From positions 1 to 60,102 of the forward strand of contig JBDTKM010000345.1 in assembly GCA_039935315.1 (NCBI GenBank): a stretch of 60,102 nt of DNA, in the 5' to 3' direction. How positions within the stretch are numbered: the first letter of the stretch is position 1; each line of letters begins with the position of its first letter. Positions 37,038-46,690 of this stretch are shown piece by piece. The DNA comes from Rhodanobacter sp. (lineage in GTDB: Bacteria; Pseudomonadota; Gammaproteobacteria; Xanthomonadales; Rhodanobacteraceae). The position numbers and the translations under genes are program-made. The notes beneath the pieces are model-generated. The model was not told the origin of the DNA. It saw only the letters and a program-made list of their open reading frames with translations, and searched no databases.

Positions 37038-37979
37038 TCAACGCTCGCCGCTCGATGCCCCCAGCAGATGCCCGTTGACCTCGGTGCCATACAACGACAT
37101 CGGCGTGTCGTGGTATTTCTTGCGCGTGTCGTTGATGTTGCCATCGTAGCGCGGGTCCTGCGGACGCTCATGCGCATCCATGAACATCGCCACGTCCCAC
37201 GCGTCCTGATCGCTCAGCGTGTCACCTCGACTGTACGGCATGTTCGCCTTGATGAAGGCGGCGGCGTTGTCGAGCTGGTGCATGCCCGCGCCCCAATTGA
37301 ATGACTGCGGACCCCACAGTGGCGGAAACACGTTGCGACCGGCGACCTGCTGGCCCTGGCCATCGTTGCCATGGCATAGCGCGCAACTCTTGTTGAAGAC
37401 GCTCTCGCCGCGTGCGTAGTCCGGTGGCTGCGGCGGCTTGAAGCCCTGCTTGGGATAGCCGGCGCCTTTCAGCTTCACGCCCACTGGCGCGCCCTTGGAC
37501 ATCCACCATGCATAGGTTTCCAGTGCCACCATTTCAGCGCTGTCCAACGGCGGTGCGTTGCCGTTCATGCTGAAACGGAAGCAACCCTGCAGGCGTTCGC
37601 CGAAGGTGTTCACCTTGCCGTTCTTCTTGCGGAATTGCGGGTACACCCCGTAGGCGCCCCACAACGGGCTCGAATTGGCGCGACGCCCGGCATCAAGATG
37701 ACAATTGCTGCAACTGAGTCCGTTGCCGACGTACGCCTTCGCATGATCCGGTGTGTCGATGAAGATGTCGCGTCCCTGGCGGATCACGTCACCGAGCGGA
37801 CCGGCAGGAATCGCTGACTCGGGTGGCGGCGAGAACGTCGACGCGGCCGCGGCAACCGGCGCAGCCGTTGCCGCCGTGACCGGCGCGCGTGCCGCATTCT
37901 CGGCCGGCGACTTGGCCGTGCAGGCGCAAACCAGGGCCAACACCAGCAGCACGGGAAACCGAAGTACGCGCGCGGTCAC
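37038..37979 (-). CDS. tsdA: Thiosulfate dehydrogenase, diheme cytochrome c
   Basis: CSNCH and CALCH heme sites, active-site Cys in ERLQGCFRFSMNG, PPLWG.SFNWGAGM and NMP. GTG 37979 overlaps the tsdB stop. Confidence 0.88.
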   Translation of the reverse strand: MTARVLRFPVLLVLALVCACTAKSPAENAARAPVTAATAAPVAAAASTFSPPPESAIPAGPLGDVIRQGRDIFIDTPDHAKAYVGNGLSCSNCHLDAGRRANSSPLWGAYGVYPQFRKKNGKVNTFGERLQGCFRFSMNGNAPPLDSAEMVALETYAWWMSKGAPVGVKLKGAGYPKQGFKPPQPPDYARGESVFNKSCALCHGNDGQGQQVAGRNVFPPLWGPQSFNWGAGMHQLDNAAAFIKANMPYSRGDTLSDQDAWDVAMFMDAHERPQDPRYDGNINDTRKKYHDTPMSLYGTEVNGHLLGASSGER

Positions 37980-38632
37980 GGGGTAGCTCGGGCAGGTAAT
38001 GGTTCTGCCGCGAACCATGTGGCCACCGCCTCGATCTGCTGCGCGCTGAGCGCCTTGGACAGGTGCTGCATCAATTGCAGCGGATCATTATGTCGGGCGC
38101 CGCTCTGCCAGGCCTTCAGCTGAGCCTCGATGTATGCCGCCGGCTGACCCGCCAGCGGCGGGAAATGGGCACCGACGCCGACGCCGCCCGGGGCATGACA
38201 TTGCACGCAACCGGGTACCTCCCGACTCCAGTCGCCGCGCAAGGCCAGCACGGCCCCCACGCTGTCGCCGGCCGGCCTCGGTGTTGATGGCTTGGCCAGC
38301 TCCGGCGGCAGCGGCAGTTTGCTGTAATAGAGTGCCAGCGCGTGCCGCTCACCTTCGTCGAGCGCGGTGGCGGTGGCTTTCATCAGTGCGCTGTCGCGCG
38401 CGCCGCTGGCGAAGTCGTCCAGCTGCTTCTGCAGATAAGCAGCATCGAGACCGGCCAGACGCGGATAGCCAGCCGTAGCCTGGCCACCGCCGTCGCCACC
38501 GTGGCAAGCCATGCAGGGCGCCGCGCCCTTGCCGTTACCCTGTTGGGTGATCGCGGCCGCGTCGGCGCCATGGGCCAGCAGCGGCGCAGCGGACAAGGCC
38601 ATGGCGGCGAGAGCAAGCAGGCGTTGACTCAT
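37976..38632 (-). CDS. tsdB: Diheme c4-type cytochrome, electron acceptor of TsdA
   Basis: CMACH/YPRLAG and CVQCH/FPPLAGQ; signal peptide; AAGGAG RBS; directly upstream of tsdA. Confidence 0.85.
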   Translation of the reverse strand: MSQRLLALAAMALSAAPLLAHGADAAAITQQGNGKGAAPCMACHGGDGGGQATAGYPRLAGLDAAYLQKQLDDFASGARDSALMKATATALDEGERHALALYYSKLPLPPELAKPSTPRPAGDSVGAVLALRGDWSREVPGCVQCHAPGGVGVGAHFPPLAGQPAAYIEAQLKAWQSGARHNDPLQLMQHLSKALSAQQIEAVATWFAAEPLPARATP

Positions 38633-38643
38633 CGCGCTCTCCT

Positions 38644-39594
38644 TCAGTGGACGCCCTGGAACCCGTATTTGCGGTACACCGCCTGCGCAGCGGTGCTCTG
38701 CATGAATGCCATGAAATCCTTCGCCGCCTGCTCGTGCGGTGCGTCCCTCATCCGCGCGGCGGTATAAGTTGCCACCGCGTTCTGCGCCGCCGGGATCGCG
38801 ATCGTCTCGACCGGGTGATGCAGGATCTGCTGCTGGAAGTATGCCTCGGTCGACCACACCGGCGCCGCATCCGAGTGGCCCTCAAGCACGCGCAGCGGCG
38901 ATTGACGGTGGTGGATCCGGGTGAGGAAGGTGGTCCCGTTGTTGACCTTGGTCTGCATGATCGTCTTGTCCAGCGCCTCGCCGCCGACCTTGCGATAGCT
39001 CGTCTCGATCTGCCTGGCGATACCTTCCCACGCCGGGTTTGGCATGCTCACGCGGATATCGGCGCGGCCCAGATCCTGCAAGCTCTCAATGTGTTTGGGA
39101 TTGCCCTTGGCGACCAGGATCGCCAGCGGGTTGCGTGCGTAATCGCAGGTGTCGGCAAACCAGTCGTGCTTTTTCTGGTTCTCCTCGATGGAGCCCTTGC
39201 CAGCCGTATAGATGTCCGGCTTGAGCGTGATCCGCAGGTTGCCCATCACCAGCGTCCCGCCTTCGATCTGCCGGGCCAGAATACCCGGCGGCAAGGTCTC
39301 GACAAAGACCCGTTGATATTGCGGATGCGCCTGCTTGAACGCCGCCACCAAGTCATGCACAACCATGAACTGGTTACCGGCGAAGAACACCACCAGTTGC
39401 GGGTCGACAATGTCGCCCTGCAGGTCCGCAATCGCGTCAAACGGCGGCACGCTGAACTGCAGGCCAGGAGGTGGCGGGTTCCACGGCGGCAGGAATGTTT
39501 CGTTGACTGCGCTTTCTTTGGTGGCTGCGCTGGCACCGAAGGCCAGCGCACACGCGAGGGTGGCCAGCAACAGCCGTGGGATCAAATGTCGCAT
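38644..39594 (-). CDS. ModA-like periplasmic oxyanion-binding protein with no adjacent ABC partners
   Basis: Signal peptide, FFAGNQF, YARNPLAILVAKGNPK and AAQAVYRKYGF. Confidence 0.8.
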   Translation of the reverse strand: MRHLIPRLLLATLACALAFGASAATKESAVNETFLPPWNPPPPGLQFSVPPFDAIADLQGDIVDPQLVVFFAGNQFMVVHDLVAAFKQAHPQYQRVFVETLPPGILARQIEGGTLVMGNLRITLKPDIYTAGKGSIEENQKKHDWFADTCDYARNPLAILVAKGNPKHIESLQDLGRADIRVSMPNPAWEGIARQIETSYRKVGGEALDKTIMQTKVNNGTTFLTRIHHRQSPLRVLEGHSDAAPVWSTEAYFQQQILHHPVETIAIPAAQNAVATYTAARMRDAPHEQAAKDFMAFMQSTAAQAVYRKYGFQGVH

Positions 39595-39618
39595 GGTGGG
39601 TTCCTCTTTCTCGTTAAG

Positions 39619-40164
39619 TTATTGGGGACTCAGCGCGTAGCCCTGCTGCTGCAGGTCGATCACGGTGGTCAATCCCGACAACGCCACGGTCACGCTGGAA
39701 TCGATCCAGTCGTAATGAAAGTCATGCTCGGCCACCGCCTGCGCGCAAACTGCCACGTCGACACCGGCCTTGCGCAGTTGAGTGATAACCGGCAAGTTCG
39801 GATTTGCCACGCCGTACTTGGCGCGGTATTGCTCGTCGTTCAACATGATTGGCGTGGCCGGACCGGCTGCGATCGCCACGAACTTCAGGTGCGAGAGTGG
39901 CACCCCGGCGTTGACGTACAGGTTGACTGCACGCGCCACATGCTCCAGCGACGAACTCACCGCGGTGGGCTTCGCGCCGAAGTGACTCAGGCTGAACACT
40001 ACCTTGTAGGTGGCCTGCCGATCAGGCTGGTAGGCCGCCTGCGGCATCGCATGAATCCTGCCGGCGCCGTGGATGGTCGGAGTCTGCCAGAAGTTGTCGC
40101 CAGCAAAGGCAGCGGTGGAGAACAGACTCGACGCGAGCAGCAGGATGACAAACGAACGGATCAT
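39619..40164 (-). CDS. Exported DsrE/DsrF-like protein
   Basis: Signal peptide ending AAFA, YKVVF, LRKAGVDVAVCAQAV (single Cys) and LQQQGYAL; start set at ATG 40164. Confidence 0.8.
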   Translation of the reverse strand: MIRSFVILLLASSLFSTAAFAGDNFWQTPTIHGAGRIHAMPQAAYQPDRQATYKVVFSLSHFGAKPTAVSSSLEHVARAVNLYVNAGVPLSHLKFVAIAAGPATPIMLNDEQYRAKYGVANPNLPVITQLRKAGVDVAVCAQAVAEHDFHYDWIDSSVTVALSGLTTVIDLQQQGYALSPQ

Positions 40165-40291
40165 GGCGACCTCACGGACTAAGCAGCAACGCGGAATAGC
40201 GCCCGGCCATGCTATGTCGAGCCTCACGAGCGGGCCAAGCGTGGATTAATGATCAGAACGATAAGCACGACTTATACGCAGCGCTGCGTGA

Positions 40292-41092
40292 TCAGGCCGA
40301 TGCTGGGTGCTGCGCAAAATAGCGCGCCGGTGGCTGGCCAAAATTGCGTCGGAACATCGCCACGAAGGCACTGACGCTGACATAACCCAACGCATCGGCC
40401 ACCGCAGCCACCGGCATGCCTTCAGCGAGGTGTTCCAGCGCGCGGCTGAGCCGGGCCTGCTGGCGCCACTGGGCAAAGCTCAGCGCGGTCTCGGTGCGGA
40501 ACAAGCGACTGAGCGTGCGTGCAGACAAACCGGCCCAGGTTGCCCAGGCATCCAGGCCACGGGTGTCCCGTGGCTGATCGAGCACGGCCTGTGCGATGCG
40601 CACCAGGCGACGGTCCTGCGGCATCGGCAGGTACAGCGGCTCATTCGGCACGCGGCGAATCTCATCCAGCAGCACCGCCAGCAAACGTTGCTGTTCCGCA
40701 TCAAGATGGTCGTGCCGCGCCCACAGACTGGCCCGACGCACCAGCGCGCGCATCAATTCAGTCACACCGATCACACAGGGTTGTTCCGGCAACCCATGCT
40801 CGATGACTGGCGCGATGAACACCCCCCAGCCGCTCACCGCACCACTGAGGGTGACCGTGTGCTGTTCACCCGGTGGCATCCAGCCGGCACGATGTGGCGG
40901 CAACAACCACGAACCATGCCTGGTTTGCACGTGGATAAGCCCACTTTCGATACAGAAAAACTGGCCGCGAACGTGCTGGTGCCAGTCATGGTGACGCGTC
41001 CCCTGGCCGTATTCGCTGGCGACCTCGTTATCCAGCCAATAGGCGATCAGGGCCGGACCGTCGGCCCGTTCTATCAGGTCATGGATATGCAT
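40292..41092 (-). CDS. AraC-family regulator with cupin sensor domain (NimR-like)
   Basis: WHQHVRGQ cupin motif, GLSARTLSRLF and LGYVSVSAFVAMFRR; start set at ATG 41092. Confidence 0.9.
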   Translation of the reverse strand: MHIHDLIERADGPALIAYWLDNEVASEYGQGTRHHDWHQHVRGQFFCIESGLIHVQTRHGSWLLPPHRAGWMPPGEQHTVTLSGAVSGWGVFIAPVIEHGLPEQPCVIGVTELMRALVRRASLWARHDHLDAEQQRLLAVLLDEIRRVPNEPLYLPMPQDRRLVRIAQAVLDQPRDTRGLDAWATWAGLSARTLSRLFRTETALSFAQWRQQARLSRALEHLAEGMPVAAVADALGYVSVSAFVAMFRRNFGQPPARYFAQHPASA

Positions 41093-41313
41093 TGGGTCGC
41101 CGTGATCGTGGCCGGTTTGAGATATAAGTTGACCAAATGACGTTAACAGCTTTACCCCTTGTCCACCTAAGCTGGCGCAGCTTCTGCCACTGCCGCCGCT
41201 TGCGGCCCCTGATCCCTGCAGGGATGTCTGGCGATCCGCCATAACCCCCCACGTCATCGGCGTGCCCTCGCTGCCCGTGCCGGGTATCTCGCCCTGTTGA
41301 ACCGAGGTGATCC

Positions 41314-41580
41314 GTGTCATCCACCGAACTATCGCTGCTGCGACCCGTGCCGACAGCATCCCCGCTGGAAGCCTTTGTCGTGTGCGCCCACCAGATGCTC
41401 GATCCCGCCGCGACGGAATCCCTGCGCCGCGAAGCCGAACCCAGGCTGCTGGCCCAGCTGCCAGCCCTGCGCGCACTGGCTGTATTCGAACTATTCGAGC
41501 TGCGCGATCCCGCACTGCGGGCCTGGCTGAAGGACGAACTCGACGACCTGGAAGCGGATCGCGAGCACAATCAGCGGTAA
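41314..41580 (+). CDS. Hypothetical helical protein (88 aa)
   Basis: GAGGTG RBS, coding-like codon usage; fills the gap between the AraC and MarR genes. Confidence 0.6.
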   Translation: MSSTELSLLRPVPTASPLEAFVVCAHQMLDPAATESLRREAEPRLLAQLPALRALAVFELFELRDPALRAWLKDELDDLEADREHNQR

Positions 41581-41612
41581 TCTTGCCAGCGCAAACATAA
41601 ACATGAATGTAT

Positions 41613-41645
41613 TTGCCTTGACAATTATAGTTTCGGCAATAGAAT
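41613..41645 (+). promoter_or_regulatory. Sigma70 promoter TTGACA-N16-TAGAAT with overlapping TTGCC-N17-GGCAA inverted repeat (candidate EmrR operator)
   Basis: -35 at 41618-41623 and -10 at 41640-41645, directly before the MarR gene. Confidence 0.65.
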
Positions 41646-41652
41646 GCCCGGC

Positions 41653-42129
41653 ATGCACTCGCCAGCAGCTCCCAAAGACCCACCCATCGACGACGCACAG
41701 GCGCCCAGCGTGGGCATGTTGCTGACCATGGTGCGCTCCGAAATGGTGCGTGCACTCGAGGCAGAAATGGCCAGCGAGGGCCTGGATCTCAGCTTCACCC
41801 AGTTCATGATTCTCAAGAAGGCCGACTTGCTCGGCGCGGTATCGGCCACCGAGCTGGCGCGCGCCGTGGAGCTCGATTGCGGCGCGATGACCCGGCAGCT
41901 GGATCAGCTTGAGCGCAAGGGATACCTGCGCCGCGCACCGCACGCCCAGGATCGCCGGGCGCTACGCATCGAACTGACCGACGCCGGTGCGGCGATCTGG
42001 CAGAACACCGCCTCGGTCTGCAGCCAGCGGGTGATGAACACGGCGCAGCGCTCGCTCGACAAGAGCGAACAAACCCAATTCCACGACTATCTCGAGCGCG
42101 TGCTGCTGGCGCTACGCGACAAGTCATGA
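41653..42129 (+). CDS. emrR: MarR-family regulator of the emr operon
   Basis: LSFTQF, ELARAVELDCGAMTRQLDQLERKG and DRRALRIELT. The ORF-track ATG 41644 falls inside the -10 box, so 41653 is preferred. Confidence 0.85.
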   Translation: MHSPAAPKDPPIDDAQAPSVGMLLTMVRSEMVRALEAEMASEGLDLSFTQFMILKKADLLGAVSATELARAVELDCGAMTRQLDQLERKGYLRRAPHAQDRRALRIELTDAGAAIWQNTASVCSQRVMNTAQRSLDKSEQTQFHDYLERVLLALRDKS

Positions 42130-43634
42130 CTACTCCTGGACCTTTCTCCATGCGTCTGCGCCTATCCACGCTGGCTACTGTCCTGACCCTCGCCCTGGCT
42201 GGCTGTGCCAGTAGCGGCGGCCTGCATCCGAACGGCAGGCTGACCGACCCGGCCACACTGGGCAGCGCTCACCGCCTTGCCGCCGTCACCGACCCTGCGG
42301 CGGTTTGGCCGACCACGGATTGGTGGAGTGCGCTGGGCGATCCCCAACTGGATGCCCTGATCACCGAAGCGCTCAAGACCAATCCGGGGCTGGCCGTGGC
42401 TGACGCGCGGGCGCGCGCCGCCCAGGCCGAGGTCGGTATCGCCGACGCCGCGCGCCGCCCCAGCGTGAATGGTGGTGCCAGCGTGGCCGGCGCGCGCATC
42501 CCTGCCTCGGTGCTGCCCGGCGGCCACTTCAACGTCGCCAAATACGGCTATGCCAGCTTCAAGTGGGGGCTGGACCTGTGGGGCGGCAAGCGCGCTGCGT
42601 GGCAGGCCGCCCTGGGCGCCTCGCGCGCTGCCGACGTCGACGCGCGCGCCGCACGCATCGAACTATCCGGCAACATCGCACGCGCCTACGCGCAACTCGG
42701 CTACGCGTTTGACCAGCAGGATCTGGCCGGCGGCGAGCTGCATCGCGCGCAGCAGTCGCACCAGCTGACCGCGCAACGGGTGGCCGCCGGTATCGACAAT
42801 CAGATCACATTGAAACAGGCCGATGGCGAAGTAGCGACGGCCGAGCAGGATGTGGCACTGGCCGAGCGCGCGGTGAACGCCGCGCGCTCTTCGCTGGCCG
42901 TGCTGCTGGGCAAGGGCCCCGATCGCGGTGACGAGATCAGCCGGCCGAAGCTGCTCACGCCTGGCGCCGTGGCGGTACCCGACAACCTGCCGCTGGAACT
43001 GATCGGCCACCGCGCCGACCTGGTCGCCGCCCGCTGGCGGGTGGAGGCGACGGGCAAGGACATCAAGGTGGCCAAGACCGAATTCCTGCCCGATATCAGC
43101 ATCGGCGCCCTCGCCGGGGTGCTCCGGCTGGGCGGCGGCAATCCATTCACCCTGCCGTCGCGCTTCTACCAGTTCGGCCCGTCGCTGAGTCTGCCGATTT
43201 TCGATGGCGGTCGCCTGCGCGCCAATTTGTCCGGCAAGGACGCCCAATACGACCTTGCCGTGGCGCAGTACAACCAGACCCTGGTCGGCGCGGTGAATGA
43301 GGTAGCCGACGATGTCTCGGCACTGCAATCACTGCGCCAGGAACTCTCCGCCCAGCGACGCGCGCAGTCCGCCGCGACAGAAGCCTGGGACCTTGCCATG
43401 CAACGTTACAAGGCGGGTATCGGCAGCTATCTGGAAGCGCTCAGTGTGCGTCAGCAACTGCTGCTCGCCAATCGCGGTGTAGCGGCACTGCAGGCGCAGC
43501 AGGTCGACCGCTCGGTGCAGCTGATTCAGGCCCTGGGCGGTGGCTACCGCCCGGAAAATCAAGCCAGCCGCGATGACGACCAGCCGCAGGCCGGCGCGCC
43601 CGCGTCTCCCTCTTCAACTTCCGCGCATTCCTGA
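42126..43634 (+). CDS. NodT/TolC-family outer membrane efflux lipoprotein (EmrC-like)
   Basis: LAGC lipobox, WWSALGDPQLDALI, LPIFDGG and LIQALGGG; ATGA overlap with emrR. Confidence 0.92.
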   Translation: MTTPGPFSMRLRLSTLATVLTLALAGCASSGGLHPNGRLTDPATLGSAHRLAAVTDPAAVWPTTDWWSALGDPQLDALITEALKTNPGLAVADARARAAQAEVGIADAARRPSVNGGASVAGARIPASVLPGGHFNVAKYGYASFKWGLDLWGGKRAAWQAALGASRAADVDARAARIELSGNIARAYAQLGYAFDQQDLAGGELHRAQQSHQLTAQRVAAGIDNQITLKQADGEVATAEQDVALAERAVNAARSSLAVLLGKGPDRGDEISRPKLLTPGAVAVPDNLPLELIGHRADLVAARWRVEATGKDIKVAKTEFLPDISIGALAGVLRLGGGNPFTLPSRFYQFGPSLSLPIFDGGRLRANLSGKDAQYDLAVAQYNQTLVGAVNEVADDVSALQSLRQELSAQRRAQSAATEAWDLAMQRYKAGIGSYLEALSVRQQLLLANRGVAALQAQQVDRSVQLIQALGGGYRPENQASRDDDQPQAGAPASPSSTSAHS

Positions 43635-43644
43635 GGCAGTTCCC

Positions 43645-44850
43645 ATGTCCGCTCAAGCTACCCCCGAGTCCACTGACGGCCAGGCCGAGGCCAGGACGAC
43701 CAAGCCAGCACCGAAGAAATCGCGTGGCTTGATGCTGCGCGTGCTCGGTATCGCGGTGCTGTTGGTGGTGATCGGCTGGGGCCTGTGGTATTTCCTCGAC
43801 GGGCGCTGGTACGAAAGCACCGACGATGCCTATGTCAACGGCAACGTGGTGCAGATCACCCCGCAAGTGCCCGGTACCGTGGTCAGCATCGGCGCCGACG
43901 ACGGCGACCTGGTGCACGCCGGGGACACCTTGGTGAAGCTCGATCCCAGCGATGCGGACGTGGCGCTGACCGAGGCGAAGGCCAATCTGGCGCTGACCGT
44001 GCGCAAAGTGCGCGGCCTGTACTCCAGCGTCAACGGCGCGCACGCCGATGTCGACGCGCGCAAGACCGCGGTGGACAAGGCTCGCGCCGACTACAATCGG
44101 CGCGTGGCACTGGCAAAGTCCGGCGCGATCTCGGCCGAGGAACTGGCCCACGCCAGCGACGCACTGACCACGGCGCAGAACGCCCTGATCACCGCCCAGC
44201 AGCAATACCAGACCAGCAAGGTACTGGTCGACGATACCGTGGTCGCCTCTCATCCCGACGTGCAGGTGGCGGCCGCCAAGCTGCGCGCGGCTTATCTCTC
44301 CGACGCGCGTGCCACGCTGCTCGCGCCGGTGGATGGCTATGTGGCCAAACGTTCGGTGCAGGTCGGCCAGCGCGTACAGCCCGGCACGCCGCTGATGGCC
44401 GTGGTTCCGCTGCACGGAGTGTGGATCGATGCGAACTTCAAGGAAACCCAGCTCACCGATATGCGCATCGGCCAGCCGGTGGATATCGAATCGGACGTCT
44501 ACGGCGGCTCGGTGAAATACAAGGGCAAGATCGAAAGCCTCGGCATCGGCACTGGCAGCGCGTTCTCGTTGCTGCCCGCGCAGAACGCCACTGGCAACTG
44601 GATCAAGATCGTTCAGCGCATCCCGGTGCGGGTGGTATTCACTGACCCCCAACAGTTGGACAAGCATCCGCTGCGCCTGGGCATGTCGGTCAACGTCGAC
44701 GTGGGCTTGCATGACCAGAGCGGCCTGACGCTGGCGCAAAAGTCGCCGACCCAGCCGGCCTTCAGCACCGCTATCTACCAGCAGCAACTGGCCAAGGCCG
44801 ACGCGGCGATCAAGCAGATCGTCCACGCCAACATGGCTGGCGGGAAATAA
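43645..44850 (+). CDS. emrA: EmrA-family membrane fusion protein
   Basis: ESTDDAYV, ANFKETQL and GSAFSLLPAQNATGNWIKIVQRIPVR. Confidence 0.92.
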   Translation: MSAQATPESTDGQAEARTTKPAPKKSRGLMLRVLGIAVLLVVIGWGLWYFLDGRWYESTDDAYVNGNVVQITPQVPGTVVSIGADDGDLVHAGDTLVKLDPSDADVALTEAKANLALTVRKVRGLYSSVNGAHADVDARKTAVDKARADYNRRVALAKSGAISAEELAHASDALTTAQNALITAQQQYQTSKVLVDDTVVASHPDVQVAAAKLRAAYLSDARATLLAPVDGYVAKRSVQVGQRVQPGTPLMAVVPLHGVWIDANFKETQLTDMRIGQPVDIESDVYGGSVKYKGKIESLGIGTGSAFSLLPAQNATGNWIKIVQRIPVRVVFTDPQQLDKHPLRLGMSVNVDVGLHDQSGLTLAQKSPTQPAFSTAIYQQQLAKADAAIKQIVHANMAGGK

Positions 44851-44973
44851 AGGGCCGGCGGGAGCCCGCTCGCCAGCGACGCTCTTGCGTTCCCCGCATC
44901 CCGAATCCTGAAGCCCGACCGCGGCACATCGTGCGGAAACGAGTTCCTGCGCCGCCTTTCCTGACAGAGCCCG

Positions 44974-46500
44974 ATGACCACCCAATTTCGCCCACCGAAC
45001 CTGGCACTGAGCACGATCGGCCTGTCGCTGGCCACGTTCATGCAGGTGCTCGACACCACGATCGCCAACGTGTCGCTACCGACGATTGCCGGCAACCTCG
45101 GGGTGAGCAACGATCAGAGCACCTGGGTGATCACCTCGTTCGCGGTGAGCATGGCGATCTCGCTGCCACTCACCGGCTTCCTCAGCCGGCGCTTCGGCGA
45201 GGTGCGCCTGTTCACGGCCTGCACCTTGCTGTTTGTGGCGGCCTCGTTCATGTGTGGCGTCTCGCAGAACATGGGCATGCTGCTGGTGTTCCGGGCGATC
45301 CAGGGCGCGGTGGCCGGTCCGATGTACCCGATCACCCAGAGCCTGCTGATCGGCATCTATCCAGCGGCAAAACGCGGCATGGCGCTGGCGCTGCTGGCGA
45401 TGGTGACGGTGGTGGCGCCGATCGCCGGCCCGATCCTGGGCGGCTGGATCACCGATAACTATTCGTGGCCGTGGATTTTCTTCATCAACGTGCCGATCGG
45501 CATCTTCTCCAGCGTGGTGATCGCCAACCAGTTGCGTGGCAAGGTGGAGAAGCTGGAGCGGCCGAAGATGGACTACGTCGGCCTGATCAGCTTGATCATC
45601 GGCGTGGGCGCGCTGCAGATCGTGCTGGACAAGGGCAATGACGCGGACTGGTTCAACTCCACCTTCATCATCATCACCAGCGTCATTTCGGCGATTGCCA
45701 TCGCGATTTTCCTGATCTGGGAGTTGACCGACGTTGATCCCATCGTCGACCTGAAACTGTTCCGCCACCGCAATTTCACCGTCGGCACCATCGCGATGGT
45801 GCTCGGCTATGCCGCGTTCTTCTCGATCGCGCTGCTGGTGCCGCTGTGGCTGCAGCAGAACCTGGGCTACACCGCGACCTGGGCCGGCTTCGCCACCGCG
45901 CCATTGGGGGTGATTCCGGTGCTGCTTACGTTCTTCGTGGGCAAGTACGCCACGCGCATGGACCTGCGCCTGCTGGCGGCCGCCTCGTTCCTGGTGATGG
46001 GTGCCACCTGCTTCATGCGTTCGGACTTCTATCTGCAGATCGACTTCTACAACGTGGCGATGGTGCAACTGTGGCAGGGTCTCGGCGTGGCGTTGTTCTT
46101 CATGCCGACGCTGACCATCCTGCTGTCGGATCTGCAGCAGAACGAGATTGCCGCCGGCTCGGGCCTGTCCACCTTCCTGCGCACACTCGGCGGCAGCTTC
46201 TCCGCCTCGATTACCACCTTGATGTGGACCCGTGGCGCAGTCAGTCACCACGAACAACTGGCCGAACACATCACGGCCTACAACCCGATCAGTCAGGCGG
46301 CGATGCAGCACCTGGGACACGGCGATCCGCAGCTTGGCGGCAGCATCATCAACGGCATGATCACGCAGCAGGGCTTCCAGATCTCCTTCAATGAAGTGTT
46401 CTATGCGCTGGGCTGGATCTTCTTCGCCCTGGTGCTGGTGATCTGGCTCGCCACACCACCGTTCACGCCCAAGGCAGGTGGGGCCGCCGCCGGGCATTGA
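44974..46500 (+). CDS. emrB: DHA2 MFS multidrug transporter
   Basis: FMQVLDTTIANVSLP, WVITSF and APIAGPILGGWITDNYSWPWIFFINVPIG; about 14 TM helices. Confidence 0.93.
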   Translation: MTTQFRPPNLALSTIGLSLATFMQVLDTTIANVSLPTIAGNLGVSNDQSTWVITSFAVSMAISLPLTGFLSRRFGEVRLFTACTLLFVAASFMCGVSQNMGMLLVFRAIQGAVAGPMYPITQSLLIGIYPAAKRGMALALLAMVTVVAPIAGPILGGWITDNYSWPWIFFINVPIGIFSSVVIANQLRGKVEKLERPKMDYVGLISLIIGVGALQIVLDKGNDADWFNSTFIIITSVISAIAIAIFLIWELTDVDPIVDLKLFRHRNFTVGTIAMVLGYAAFFSIALLVPLWLQQNLGYTATWAGFATAPLGVIPVLLTFFVGKYATRMDLRLLAAASFLVMGATCFMRSDFYLQIDFYNVAMVQLWQGLGVALFFMPTLTILLSDLQQNEIAAGSGLSTFLRTLGGSFSASITTLMWTRGAVSHHEQLAEHITAYNPISQAAMQHLGHGDPQLGGSIINGMITQQGFQISFNEVFYALGWIFFALVLVIWLATPPFTPKAGGAAAGH

Positions 46501-46690
46501 GCAGGCCGGCCGCTACGCTGCGGGTTGTTGATCAGGACTCACGTCCATCAGCGCCGTGGCTTCAGCGAGGTTGGGCCGGCGCAGACCGCCCTCGAAGAAC
46601 GGGCGGATCGGCGGCACAACGTGGCCCGACGACTCTCGCCGCAGCTGACGGCCATGCGCCTGAAGCCTCGACGCAGGTGCGAGAGGCCAG

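Noticed and set aside
16600-41600. Calling the sulfur/hydrolase region a mobile genomic island
   Set aside because: No integrase, transposase, tRNA or flanking direct repeats seen; only gene relics suggest mosaicism.
40292-41755. 487-aa extended AraC ORF
   Set aside because: The extension overlaps two plus-strand genes and the emrR promoter; the real domain begins near ATG 41092.
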